Positions 47,385 through 56,678 are shown, counted from the stretch's first letter. The stretch is DNA of 64,000 nucleotides from Chloroflexota bacterium (GCA_038040195.1 JBBPIR010000002.1:1342-65341), one strand, 5' to 3'. Notes: generated from the sequence alone by a model not told the origin. Program-made: numbers and translations.

Positions 47385-47726
47385 GTGGCCAGGACCGCCG
47401 AGCGCGCGCCCAAGGTCGAGCAGCTGAGCGTCGGCTTCGACCTGGATCCCATCATCCTGGCGCCCGAGCTGCCGTCGGACACGATGCGCCAGATCGTCTC
47501 GATCCGGATGCCGGATGCCCTCATCGAGCGGGTGGACGCGGTCGCTCGGTCCCGGGGAGTCTCGCCATCCGCCCTCATGCGGGCCCTCATTGCCGCCGGC
47601 CTGGATCGCTCGTATGCGGCGCTCACCGAGTCGGAGGCGGCGTCCGACCTCGCCGCCGAGCTGGCCGCCCTCCGGCAGCGCGTCGAGGACATCGCCACCT
47701 CCCTGGCGGCTGATCGCCCATCGTGA
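47385..47726 (+). CDS. Ribbon-helix-helix (CopG/Arc-like) DNA-binding protein with a C-terminal coiled coil
   Basis: GTG 47385. Beta-strand QIVSIRMP + helix DALIERVDAVARSRG + helix SPSALMRALIAAGL. Its stop overlaps the nadK GTG (GTGA). Confidence 0.65.
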   Translation: MARTAERAPKVEQLSVGFDLDPIILAPELPSDTMRQIVSIRMPDALIERVDAVARSRGVSPSALMRALIAAGLDRSYAALTESEAASDLAAELAALRQRVEDIATSLAADRPS

Positions 47727-48574
47727 GCGAAGCCCGGCTGGAGCGCATCGGCTTCGCGGTCAGCCGGTACAACCCACAAGCTGCCGGAGTGCTGGAGCGC
47801 GGCCGGGCGTGGTGCGCAGCACACGGCATTTCGGCCTGGGACGCGGTCGCCGACGACGAGGAGCGGCTCGCCGCCGAGCTGGCGGGCAGCGACCTGGTGA
47901 CGGTGCTCGGCGGCGATGGGACGTTCCTCCGAGTGGCGCGCGCGATCGGTGATTCACAGGTCCCGGCCCTCGGCGTCAACCTGGGTCGGGTGGGCTTCCT
48001 GGCCAAAGTCGAGCCCGACGACCTGGAGACCGCTCTGGACGGTATCGCTGCCGGCCGATACACGCTGGCCGAGCGGATGCGGCTGGGCGCAACCATCGAG
48101 CGGCGGGACGGTGGACGCCTCTCGGCGGCCTGCCTCAATGAAGTGGCGGTCGCGCGCGCCGCGCAGGTCCGCCTCATCCAGGTCGAGGTCGAGGTCAGTG
48201 GCAGCCATCTGGCCACGTACCTGGCCGACGGGGTTGTGGTGGCCACGCCCACCGGGTCCACGGCCTACTCGTACTCGGCTGGCGGCGCCGTGGTCGACCC
48301 GAGGCTCCGCAACCTGGTCATCACCCCGGTGGCCGCGTATCTGTCGGCGATCCACAGCGTGGTCGCCGGCGAGGACCACATCATCCGTCTCAGCCTGCGC
48401 GAAGCGTTCGGCGGGGCCGTCGTCTCGTTCGACGGGCAGCGCGACGTGCCGCTGGAAGTCGGGGAGTCGGTCGAGGTCCGGGCCCTGCCCATCCCGTTGC
48501 GCCTGGTCGAGCCCGAGGGCAGCACCCCGTTCTACGACCTGCTCCGCACCAAGGCCTCGCTGCTCCCGGATTAG
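47723..48574 (+). CDS. nadK: NAD kinase
   Basis: GGDGTFLRVAR, NEVAV, TPTGSTAYSYSAGG. Confidence 0.93.
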   Translation: MSEARLERIGFAVSRYNPQAAGVLERGRAWCAAHGISAWDAVADDEERLAAELAGSDLVTVLGGDGTFLRVARAIGDSQVPALGVNLGRVGFLAKVEPDDLETALDGIAAGRYTLAERMRLGATIERRDGGRLSAACLNEVAVARAAQVRLIQVEVEVSGSHLATYLADGVVVATPTGSTAYSYSAGGAVVDPRLRNLVITPVAAYLSAIHSVVAGEDHIIRLSLREAFGGAVVSFDGQRDVPLEVGESVEVRALPIPLRLVEPEGSTPFYDLLRTKASLLPD

Positions 48575-48576
48575 CC

Positions 48577-49473
48577 ATGCCGCTGCCGCAGGTCGACCCT
48601 CGCCTGGCGGCGGCCGTCGACGACTTCCTGCTCGAGATCCGCGTCGAGCGCGGCCTGTCCCCGCTGACCATCGACGCCTATCGACGCGACCTGGGCCAGT
48701 TCGCCGCCAACGCCGGGACGGCCTGGCGCGACGACCCGTCAGCCGTGGGCGAGTTCGTCGCCCGCCTGCGCCGCCAGGGCCGCCGCGCGACGACCCAGGC
48801 CCGCAAGGTGGCCGCCATTCGCAGCTTCTATGGCTTCGCGCGGCGGGAGGGGATCATCGAGCGCAACCTGGCCGACCTCATCGACCCCCCGCGCCCAGGG
48901 CGGTACCTGCCCGAGGTCCTCGCCCCGGACGAAGTCGAGCGCATCCTGGCCGCGCCGGGCGACGATCCACCCGGGATCCGCGACGCGGCGATCCTCGAGC
49001 TTCTGTACGCCTGCGGACTGCGGGTCAGCGAGCTCACAGGACTGGACCTCGACCGCCTCAACCTGCCGGGACTCGAGGTGCGGGTCATCGGGAAGGGCAA
49101 CCGGGAGCGGCGCGTCCCGATGGGGGAGCCGGCGCGGGACCGGTTGCATCGGTACATCACGGGGCCGCGCCAGGACTGGACGGCCAAACGACCCATCGCC
49201 GCCGTCTTCGTGTCGCAGCGCGGGGCGCGCCTGGGACGGGAATCCGTGTGGCGCCTGGTGCGGCGTTGGGGCCGAGTGGCGGGGATCGGCGCCGATGTCA
49301 CGCCACACACGTTCCGGCACAGCTTTGCTACCCATCTGCTGGAAGGTGGCGCCGATCTGCGGGTGGTCCAGACCCTGTTGGGCCATGCTAGCATCAGCAC
49401 CACCCAGCTCTATACCCACCTGACCGGCGAGCGCCTGCGGGAGGTGTATGCCCGCGCGCACCCGCGAGCCTGA
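48577..49473 (+). CDS. xerD: Tyrosine recombinase XerD
   Basis: [71 protein letters not shown]. Confidence 0.92.
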   Translation: MPLPQVDPRLAAAVDDFLLEIRVERGLSPLTIDAYRRDLGQFAANAGTAWRDDPSAVGEFVARLRRQGRRATTQARKVAAIRSFYGFARREGIIERNLADLIDPPRPGRYLPEVLAPDEVERILAAPGDDPPGIRDAAILELLYACGLRVSELTGLDLDRLNLPGLEVRVIGKGNRERRVPMGEPARDRLHRYITGPRQDWTAKRPIAAVFVSQRGARLGRESVWRLVRRWGRVAGIGADVTPHTFRHSFATHLLEGGADLRVVQTLLGHASISTTQLYTHLTGERLREVYARAHPRA

Positions 49474-49485
49474 GGAGCCAGATCC

Positions 49486-50298
49486 ATGAGTTACGCCCGC
49501 AAGCTCCTGGCGCGAGGCGAGGAAGTCACCTTCGAGAGCGGCCAGCACTGGTTCGCGGTCGTCGGCCGCTCGTGGTGGGCCATCATCCTGGCCATCTTGG
49601 CCCTCGCGGTGCTCCTGTTCCTGGTCAACCCCCCGGAAGCATCGCTGGACGGCCCGGGCGAGCTCGTGGCTCTCGTCCTGCTGCTGGTCGCGCTCGCGCG
49701 CATCGGCTGGGTGATCTGGGGCTGGCGCAACACCGAATTCCTGGTCACCACCCGGCGCATCATCCGGGCCGAGGGAATCCTCAACAAGCGGATGTCCGAC
49801 TCCAGCCTGGAGAAGGTCAACGACGCCCATCTGACCCAGAACCTGTTCGGCCGGATCTTCGGCTTCGGCGACCTGGACATCCTGACCGCCGCCGACGAGC
49901 TGGGCGGGATCGAGGACTTCCCTCTGCTGGCAGATCCGGTGGACTTCAAGATCGCGATGCTGAACCAGAAGGAGCTCCTCGAGCGACCTGACCTGGCTGC
50001 GCCCGCCTACCAGCGCCAGCAGGCGCCGGCCATGCGTCCGGCTGAGCCGATGTCGCCGCGGGCGGGCAGCGATCGGGTGACGGTGATCGATGAGGGGACC
50101 GGCGCGGCGCCAACTCCCACCCCGCCCGCTGGACCCGAGCCGACCCCGTCGACTCCCGCGGCGCCCAGCTCGGCCCCGGGCACTCCGGCAGGGGACGCGA
50201 CAGCCACGCTCGAGCGGCTCGCCTCGCTCCGCGACCGGGGCCTCATCACGGCCGAGGAATACGACGCCAAGAAGCGCGAGCTCCTGGAGCGGATCTAG
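49486..50298 (+). CDS. Membrane bPH (YdbT-like PH) domain protein with a Pro/Ala-rich linker and C-terminal SHOCT domain
   Basis: SD GAGGAG upstream. Two TM segments, then FLVTTRRIIRAEGILNKRMSDSSLEKVNDAHLTQNLFGRIFGFGDLDI (bPH_2). The C-terminus LERLASLRDRGLITAEEYDAKKRELLERI is SHOCT. Confidence 0.7.
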   Translation: MSYARKLLARGEEVTFESGQHWFAVVGRSWWAIILAILALAVLLFLVNPPEASLDGPGELVALVLLLVALARIGWVIWGWRNTEFLVTTRRIIRAEGILNKRMSDSSLEKVNDAHLTQNLFGRIFGFGDLDILTAADELGGIEDFPLLADPVDFKIAMLNQKELLERPDLAAPAYQRQQAPAMRPAEPMSPRAGSDRVTVIDEGTGAAPTPTPPAGPEPTPSTPAAPSSAPGTPAGDATATLERLASLRDRGLITAEEYDAKKRELLERI

Positions 50299-50299
50299 C

Positions 50300-51163
50300 G
50301 TGGCCGTTCTCCCGGCCACGTCGAACCTCGGCCAGCGCATCGAGAACGCCGCTGCTGCCATTCGGGCCCAGCTGGCGGCCGAGCCGGCGATCGCCGCCCC
50401 GCAGCTGGGCCTGGTCCTGGGTTCGGGACTGGGCGCCGTGATCGACCTGTTGGATGCTGCGCCCCGCCTCCGCATCCCGTACGGCGACATTCCCGAGGTT
50501 CCCGTGTCGGGCGTCGCGGGCCACGCCGGCGAACTGGTGGCGGGGATGGTCGGCGGCCGACCGGTGCTTGTCCTGTCGGGACGGGTCCACGCCTACGAGG
50601 GCTACACCCATCGTGAGGTGACGATCCTGCTCCGCGCCGCGTTCCAGGTCGGCCTGCGGACCGTGGTTCTGACCAACGCGGCTGGTGGGCTCAACCCCGC
50701 CTTCGAGCCCGGTGAGCTGATGCTCGTCACCGACCACATCAACCTGTCGGGCGACAACCCATTGTTCGGCCCCAATATCGACGCCCTCGGACCCCGCTTC
50801 CCGGCGCTCACCGACGCATACGACCCCGATCTTGCCGACCGCGCCCGCGCGGCGGCCCAGCGTGCCGCCGTCCACCTCCACGAGGGGGTGTACGTCATGC
50901 TCCCCGGCCCGAACTACGAGACCCGGGCGGAGCTGCGCATGCTGCGCGGCCTGGGGGCGGACGCGGTGGGCATGTCGACCGTGCTGGAGGTCATCGTGGC
51001 CCGCCATGCCAGCGTTCGGGTCCTCGCCTTCTCACTGATCACGAACAAGGCGACGCCCGACGTCGAGATCGGGGCCAGCCACAACGAGGTCATCGAGATG
51101 GGGAAGGTGGGCGCCGCCCGCCTGGTGAAGCTGCTGGGCGAGCTGCTACCGGAGATCGCCTGA
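50300..51163 (+). CDS. punA: Purine nucleoside phosphorylase (PunA/trimeric type)
   Basis: GTG 50300. LGSGLG, GRVHAYEGY, TNAAGGLNP, GMSTVLEV. Confidence 0.9.
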   Translation: MAVLPATSNLGQRIENAAAAIRAQLAAEPAIAAPQLGLVLGSGLGAVIDLLDAAPRLRIPYGDIPEVPVSGVAGHAGELVAGMVGGRPVLVLSGRVHAYEGYTHREVTILLRAAFQVGLRTVVLTNAAGGLNPAFEPGELMLVTDHINLSGDNPLFGPNIDALGPRFPALTDAYDPDLADRARAAAQRAAVHLHEGVYVMLPGPNYETRAELRMLRGLGADAVGMSTVLEVIVARHASVRVLAFSLITNKATPDVEIGASHNEVIEMGKVGAARLVKLLGELLPEIA

Positions 51164-51165
51164 GG

Positions 51166-51786
51166 GTGCTGTTCCTCGGAGACAACGTCAGCCTGCCAGC
51201 CCTGGCTGGCATCGTGCTCGGCATGCTGGCGGGGATCACGACCCACGAGTTCAGCCACGCCCTGGTGGCCGACCAGCTGGGCGACCGCCAACCGCGGGCC
51301 CTGGGCCGGGTCTCACTCAACCCGCTGCGCCACCTCGACCCGTTGGGCACCGCGCTGCTGGTGCTGGTCGGCATCGGCTGGGGGAAGCCGGTCCCGGTGA
51401 ACGTCGCGGCTCTGCGCCCGGGACGGGCTGGGATGGCATTCGTGGCGGGAGCCGGCCCGGTAGCCAACGTCCTGGTGGCCCTCATCCTGGCCCTGGCCTA
51501 TCGGGCGTTCGATCTCACCGGTGCGGGCGGCGCCGTGCTGCAGCTGATTTACGTGGCGACAGTCGTCAACCTCCTGCTGGCCATCCTGAACCTGATCCCC
51601 ATCCCGCCCCTGGATGGCTTCGCCGTCCTGACCGCCCTCGTTCCTCCGCGCTGGGAGTACAGCATCCGACGCTACCAGGGCTACGGGGTCGTGCTCCTTC
51701 TCCTGCTGCTGATCCTGCCCAACAGCCCGCTCGGTGGGGTCCTCGGCCTGGCCTACCCATGGGCGGCACTCCTGTGCGGGCTCTGA
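51166..51786 (+). CDS. Site-2 protease family (M50) membrane metalloprotease
   Basis: HEFSHALVA zinc motif within a TM helix, NLIPIPPLDG second motif. Confidence 0.85.
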   Translation: MLFLGDNVSLPALAGIVLGMLAGITTHEFSHALVADQLGDRQPRALGRVSLNPLRHLDPLGTALLVLVGIGWGKPVPVNVAALRPGRAGMAFVAGAGPVANVLVALILALAYRAFDLTGAGGAVLQLIYVATVVNLLLAILNLIPIPPLDGFAVLTALVPPRWEYSIRRYQGYGVVLLLLLLILPNSPLGGVLGLAYPWAALLCGL

Positions 51787-51800
51787 CCGGAACCGGACCG

Positions 51801-52295
51801 ATGCGCCCCGCCTACCGCGTCCGACAGTTCAGCAACCATCTCCGCGCGCAGGTCGCCCCTGCCGAACGGGCCGCGGCGCACGCCCTCCTCCCTGCGACCG
51901 CGACCTCGCTGTTCGATGCCATGCCGATCGCCGACCAGCGCCATGCCCTTGATGTCGTCCGGCGCCTGCACCAGGCGGGTGTGGATGATGCCGACCTCCT
52001 GGCCGCCGCCCTGCTCCATGACGCCGCCAAGGGCGCCCGACTGCGGTTGTGGCACCGAGTCGTCGTCGTGCTCCTGGAGGCGGGTGCGCCGAGGCGCCTG
52101 GAGCGCCTGGCATCGACCGATCCCGACTCGTGGCGGTACCCGTTCCACCTCCACCTGCACCACGCCGAGCGGTCGGCGCGTGCGGCGCTCGACGCCGGCT
52201 GCGGTCCGCGGGTCGCGGCCTTCATCCAGGGCACCCCGGACCGATCGGACGCGCAGCTGGAGGCTGCATTGCGCGCCGCCGACGCGGCATCCTGA
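51801..52295 (+). CDS. HD-domain phosphohydrolase-like protein
   Basis: QRHALDVV...AALLHDAAKG (H...HD). ATG 51801 chosen to avoid overlap with the M50 gene. Confidence 0.65.
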   Translation: MRPAYRVRQFSNHLRAQVAPAERAAAHALLPATATSLFDAMPIADQRHALDVVRRLHQAGVDDADLLAAALLHDAAKGARLRLWHRVVVVLLEAGAPRRLERLASTDPDSWRYPFHLHLHHAERSARAALDAGCGPRVAAFIQGTPDRSDAQLEAALRAADAAS

Positions 52296-52299
52296 GCAC

Positions 52300-53094
52300 A
52301 TGGCGCGCCAGGCTGTCCCCTCGAAGCGCCCTCAGGCCATCCCGATCGCAGCCGAACCCCGGGTCGGTCTGCCCATCGGACCGCCGCCCGAGTTCCAGGT
52401 CGACCTGCCGGTGTTCGAAGGACCGCTCCCGCTCCTCCTGCACCTGATCGAGTCAGCCGAGCTGGACATCCTGTCCGTCTCGCTGGCCAAGGTCGCCGAT
52501 GCATACGTCGCGTTCGTGGCCGCCCATCCGGTCGACGCCGCCAACCTGGCCCAGTTCGTCTCCACCGCCGCCCAGCTCATCCTCATCAAGTCGCGGAGCC
52601 TGCTTTCCGACGAGCCGCTCGGCCTCCAGGCGGCTGGGGTCGAGGACATCGACGAGGAGGACCTGCGTCGACGGCTGATCGCGTATCGGGCCATCCGCGA
52701 CGCGGCTCGCGACCTCGCCGCGCGGGACCTGGTGGCGCCGATGTGGCATCGCGAGCCACGTCTCTCGGACCTGCCCGAGGCGCCGCTGGCCCCGCTCGAC
52801 CCGGCGGCCCTGTCGGACGCCCTGAGCCGGCTGGCCGCCGTCGCGGAACCGGAGCCCCCGGCGCCGGAGATCGTGCCGCGCGAGGTCACCGTCGGCCAGC
52901 AGATCGGCGTGCTGCGTGCGGCACTGGGCGAGACCGGTCGGGTCGTCCTGCAGACGGTCCTGGCCGCCGGCACGTCCCGGACCGAGCGGGTCGTGACCGT
53001 TCTGGCTGTACTCGAGCTCGTCCGTCGCCGCGAGCTCCGCGCTCGGCAGAAGACGCTGTTCGGCCCGATCGTGCTCGAGATGCTGCGGAGGTGA
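52300..53094 (+). CDS. scpA: Segregation and condensation protein A
   Basis: ATG 52300. FQVDLPVFEGPLPLLLHLIESAELDILSVSLAKVADAY. Confidence 0.9.
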   Translation: MARQAVPSKRPQAIPIAAEPRVGLPIGPPPEFQVDLPVFEGPLPLLLHLIESAELDILSVSLAKVADAYVAFVAAHPVDAANLAQFVSTAAQLILIKSRSLLSDEPLGLQAAGVEDIDEEDLRRRLIAYRAIRDAARDLAARDLVAPMWHREPRLSDLPEAPLAPLDPAALSDALSRLAAVAEPEPPAPEIVPREVTVGQQIGVLRAALGETGRVVLQTVLAAGTSRTERVVTVLAVLELVRRRELRARQKTLFGPIVLEMLRR

Positions 53095-53098
53095 ACCG

Positions 53099-53653
53099 AT
53101 GAGCACCGATGCCGGGCTGGTGGCGGCCCTGGAGGCCATCCTGTTCGTGGCCGACCGTCCGCTGGCCACCGGCGAGCTGGCGGAGCTGGCCGAGGTCACG
53201 CCGCGCGCGGCGGAGGACGCGCTGACGGCATTGGGCGACGCGCTGTCCGGGCGCGGGCTGCGCCTGCAGCGGCTCGACGGGGCGTGGCAGCTCACCACAG
53301 CCCCGGAGGTGTCGGATCGGGTTCGGCGCTACGCCGAGCGGGCCGAGGGCCGCCTCAGCCCGGCCGCCCTCGAGGCCCTGGCCGTGGTGGCCTATCAGCA
53401 ACCGGTGACCCGCGGCGACGTGGAGCGGATCCGGGGCGTGGACTCTGAGTCGGTCATCCGCTCGCTGCTGCATCGGCGGCTGATCGCCGAGGTTGGACGG
53501 CGCGACTCTCCCGGCCGTCCGATCGTGTACCGCACCACATTCACCTTCCTCGAGCGGTTCGGCCTGGAGGGCCTCGAGCACCTGCCGCCCCTCCCCGACG
53601 AGGCGGCCGTCCTGGTCGCCGACGGTGACGGCGCCGAGCGGCATGCAGGGTGA
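53099..53653 (+). CDS. scpB: Segregation and condensation protein B
   Basis: ALEAILFVADRPL, LEALAVVAYQQPVTRGDVERIRGVDS, GRPIVYRTT..FLE.FGL. Confidence 0.9.
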   Translation: MSTDAGLVAALEAILFVADRPLATGELAELAEVTPRAAEDALTALGDALSGRGLRLQRLDGAWQLTTAPEVSDRVRRYAERAEGRLSPAALEALAVVAYQQPVTRGDVERIRGVDSESVIRSLLHRRLIAEVGRRDSPGRPIVYRTTFTFLERFGLEGLEHLPPLPDEAAVLVADGDGAERHAG

Positions 53654-55091
53654 GCGACTCCAGACCGTGTTGGCCCGGGCCGGGCTCGGGTCGCGGCGAG
53701 CCGCCGACCGTTGGATCGCCGACGGGCGCGTGACCGTCAACGGGACGCCGGCGACGCCCGGCACCCGGGTGGACATCTCTCGGGACCGCGTGACGTTCGA
53801 TGGAAAGCCGGTGACGCTGGAGGCTCCGGGCGCGGTCCACCTGGCGATCCATAAGCCACGCGGTGTCCTGTCATCGGCCGCGGCTGCCCGAGGACGCCAG
53901 GCGGTGGTCGACCTGGTCCACCCTCGACCACCCGGGCGTCTGTGGCCCGCCGGCCGCCTGGACGTCGAGTCCGAGGGCCTCATGCTGCTGACCAACGACG
54001 GGGCCTGGGCCCAGCGCGTGCTCCACCCGCGCTACGGCATCCAACGCGAGTACGCCGTCCAGCTCGACCGCACTCCGGCACCGGACGACCTCGAGCGGCT
54101 GCTGACCGGGCTTGAGCTCGAGGACGGTCCAGCCAGGCTCCTGAGCGCGGCCCCGTCGAGGCGGCCGCGCAATATCGAGATCGGGCCCGAGCCGGCCGCG
54201 CCGTGGCTCATGGTCCGGGTGGGGGAGGGTCGCAAACGCGAGGTCCGGCGCCTGTTCGCCTCGGCCGGCTATCGGGTCCATCGGTTGGTCCGGACCGCCA
54301 TGGGACCGGTCACCCTGGCCGGGCTGGCGCCGGGTGCCTGGCGCCCGCTGAACGCGGGAGAGGTTGCGGCGCTGAGCGGGACGGCACAACCTGGGCCGCG
54401 CAGCGGACGGGGCGCGGGCCTGCAGATCGCCGTGGACGGAACGTCGGGATCGGGCAAGAGCACCGTTGGTCGTGCGCTGGCCGACCGGATCGGGGCGCGC
54501 TTCGTGGACACCGGGCTCCTGTATCGGGCCGTGGCCCTGGCCGCGCTCGAGGCCGGCGTCGATCCGGATGACGAGGCTGCCCTGGCGCGCCTCGCGCGCG
54601 CAGCGGACATCTACGTCCAGCCCGCGGACCACCGCGTGACGGAACCGAGCGAACGGGTGACCCTGGACGGACGCGACGTCACCGTGCACCTGCGCGAACC
54701 GCGGATCGAGAGAGCCGTTCCGGCCGTGAGCCGGCATGCCGAGGTCCGGCAGGCCATGCTGAAGGTCCAGCGCGACGCGGCGCGCGGCCGAGACACGGTG
54801 ATGGTGGGGCGCGATATCGGCACCGTGGTGCTGCCGGATGCCGATCTGAAGGTGTTCCTCACCGCGTCGGCCGACACCCGGGCACGACGGCGCGCGGCGC
54901 AGATGGGTCGCCCGGACCGCTTGGCGGCCTATCGGCGCGAGATCGAGGACCGGGACCGCACCGACACGACCCGGCCGGTGGCCCCGCTGCGCCGCGCACC
55001 GGGGGCGCTGGTCCTGGACACCGGGGAGCTGGATGTCGACGCGTGCGTGGACGCCATCATCGCCGCCCTCGGACCGCGCGCCGCCCCGTGA
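53643..55091 (+). CDS. Single-ORF fusion: RluB/RsuA-type pseudouridine synthase (N) + cytidylate kinase (C)
   Basis: S4 domain RLQTVLARAGLGSRRAADRWIADGRVTVNG, catalytic AGRLDVESEGLMLLTNDG. After the linker SGTAQPGPRSGRGAG come IAVDGTSGSGKSTVGRALA, DTGLLYRA, GRDIGTVVLPDA (Cmk). No stop and no ATG/GTG/TTG at the junction. Confidence 0.85.
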   Translation: MQGERLQTVLARAGLGSRRAADRWIADGRVTVNGTPATPGTRVDISRDRVTFDGKPVTLEAPGAVHLAIHKPRGVLSSAAAARGRQAVVDLVHPRPPGRLWPAGRLDVESEGLMLLTNDGAWAQRVLHPRYGIQREYAVQLDRTPAPDDLERLLTGLELEDGPARLLSAAPSRRPRNIEIGPEPAAPWLMVRVGEGRKREVRRLFASAGYRVHRLVRTAMGPVTLAGLAPGAWRPLNAGEVAALSGTAQPGPRSGRGAGLQIAVDGTSGSGKSTVGRALADRIGARFVDTGLLYRAVALAALEAGVDPDDEAALARLARAADIYVQPADHRVTEPSERVTLDGRDVTVHLREPRIERAVPAVSRHAEVRQAMLKVQRDAARGRDTVMVGRDIGTVVLPDADLKVFLTASADTRARRRAAQMGRPDRLAAYRREIEDRDRTDTTRPVAPLRRAPGALVLDTGELDVDACVDAIIAALGPRAAP

Positions 55092-55753
55092 CCGCCACCC
55101 TTCCGCGGCTGTGGGCGTATCGGCCACTCGGCTTGCTCATCAGCATCCTCCTCCGCCTTTTGGGTGGTGTCCGGAGCGTGGGGCTCGAGAACCTCCCGCG
55201 CTCGGGCGCGGTCATCCTGGTCGCCAACCACTACACCCTGGCCGATCCACTGGTCGCGGGGTTTGCCACGTGCTGGCGAATCGGTCGGGTCGTGCACATG
55301 GTCAGCAAGGTCGAGGTCCGGGGTTGGCCGCTGATCGGCTGGCTGGGGACGCAGGGTGGCGTCATCTACGTCAACCGACGGATGGGCGACCTGGGTGCGC
55401 AGCGCAAGGCGCTGGCCGTGCTGGAGGCCGGTCGCGCGCTCCTCATCTTTCCGGAGGGCACCCGCAGTCCCAGCGGGGCACTCATCCCGGCCCGCAATGG
55501 GGCTGCCTTGCTCGCCATGCGGAGCGGCGCTCCGATCGTGCCACTGGCCATCACCGGGACCGAAGGGATGTTCAGCTGGCGGGCCGTCTTCGGGCCGCGC
55601 CCGCGAGCCACGGTGCGGATCGGTCAACCGTTTTCCTTGTTCTACCGTCCGGACGGACCCATCGACCGCGTTGAGCTGGTGGAGGGCACCACCCGGGTCA
55701 TGCGCGAGGTGGCGGCCCTCCTGCCGCCGGCTCGAAGGGGCGTCTACGGCTGA
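55088..55753 (+). CDS. plsC: 1-acyl-sn-glycerol-3-phosphate acyltransferase
   Basis: GTGA overlap with the upstream stop. HX4D motif NHYTLAD, FPEGTRS. Confidence 0.88.
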   Translation: MTATLPRLWAYRPLGLLISILLRLLGGVRSVGLENLPRSGAVILVANHYTLADPLVAGFATCWRIGRVVHMVSKVEVRGWPLIGWLGTQGGVIYVNRRMGDLGAQRKALAVLEAGRALLIFPEGTRSPSGALIPARNGAALLAMRSGAPIVPLAITGTEGMFSWRAVFGPRPRATVRIGQPFSLFYRPDGPIDRVELVEGTTRVMREVAALLPPARRGVYG

Positions 55754-55784
55754 TCCAGGGGTGCGCACCTAGAATGGAGGCGTC

Positions 55785-56678
55785 ATGAGCGCCTCGTCCG
55801 CTCCCACGCTTCCATCTCGTCCCGAGGTCCGCATCGCGGAGCGGGCCGGCTTCTGCTACGGCGTGCGGCTGGCCATCGACAAGGCCCGCAAGGCGTCCGA
55901 GGCGGGCGAGGAAGTCACCACCCTGGGCCAGCTGGTCCACAACCCGGGCATCAAGGCCGACCTCGAGGCGCGCGGGATCCACACCGCCGAGCTGGCGGAC
56001 CAGGTGGAGGGCGGGACCCTCGTGGTCCGGGCGCACGGCGTCCCGCGGGAGGAGCTCGAAACGCTGCGCGCCAAGGACGATCTTCAGCTCATCGACGCCA
56101 CCTGCACATGGGTCGTCCAGAGCCAGAAGGCGGCTCGCGAGCTGAACGAAGCGGGCTACACGGTCTGCATCATCGGTCACGAGAACCACCCCGAGGTGCG
56201 GGGGGTCCGCTCCTACGCCGGGGAGGATCACGTGGTCGTGGACGACATGGACCGATCCACCTGGGAGCGGGTGCCGCGCACCAAGAAGCTCGGGGTCCTG
56301 AGCCAGTCCACCATCCTGCCGTCCAAGCTCGAGGAGTTCGCGGCCTTCTGCCTGCGTCGCTGCCACGACATGCGGGTCGTCAACACCGTGTGCCCGGTGA
56401 CTCTGACCCGCCAGGACGACTCGGTGCGCCTGGCGGCAGACGTGGACGCCATGATCGTGGTAGGCGGCAAGAACAGCTCGAACACGCGCGAGCTGGCCGT
56501 CAAATGCGCGCAGGTCCTGCCCGACACCATCCATGTCGCCGATGCCGATGAGCTGGAGGCCGATTTCGCCGGCTGGCTGGCCGGTAAGGCCCGGATCGGG
56601 ATCACGGGCGGCACCTCCACCCCGGAGGATGACCTCGAGGAGGTCCGCGACCGGATCTACACCCTGACCGCCGCGTAG
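55785..56678 (+). CDS. ispH: 4-hydroxy-3-methylbut-2-enyl diphosphate reductase
   Basis: Three Fe-S cysteines in AGFCYGV, ATCTWV, NTVCPVT. GGKNSSNT. Confidence 0.93.
   Translation: MSASSAPTLPSRPEVRIAERAGFCYGVRLAIDKARKASEAGEEVTTLGQLVHNPGIKADLEARGIHTAELADQVEGGTLVVRAHGVPREELETLRAKDDLQLIDATCTWVVQSQKAARELNEAGYTVCIIGHENHPEVRGVRSYAGEDHVVVDDMDRSTWERVPRTKKLGVLSQSTILPSKLEEFAAFCLRRCHDMRVVNTVCPVTLTRQDDSVRLAADVDAMIVVGGKNSSNTRELAVKCAQVLPDTIHVADADELEADFAGWLAGKARIGITGGTSTPEDDLEEVRDRIYTLTAA

Noticed and set aside
47385-47726. The RHH protein as the antitoxin of a toxin-antitoxin pair.
   Set aside because: There is no toxin-like ORF (RelE/ParE/VapC/CcdB type) on either side. The neighbours are tlyA and nadK.
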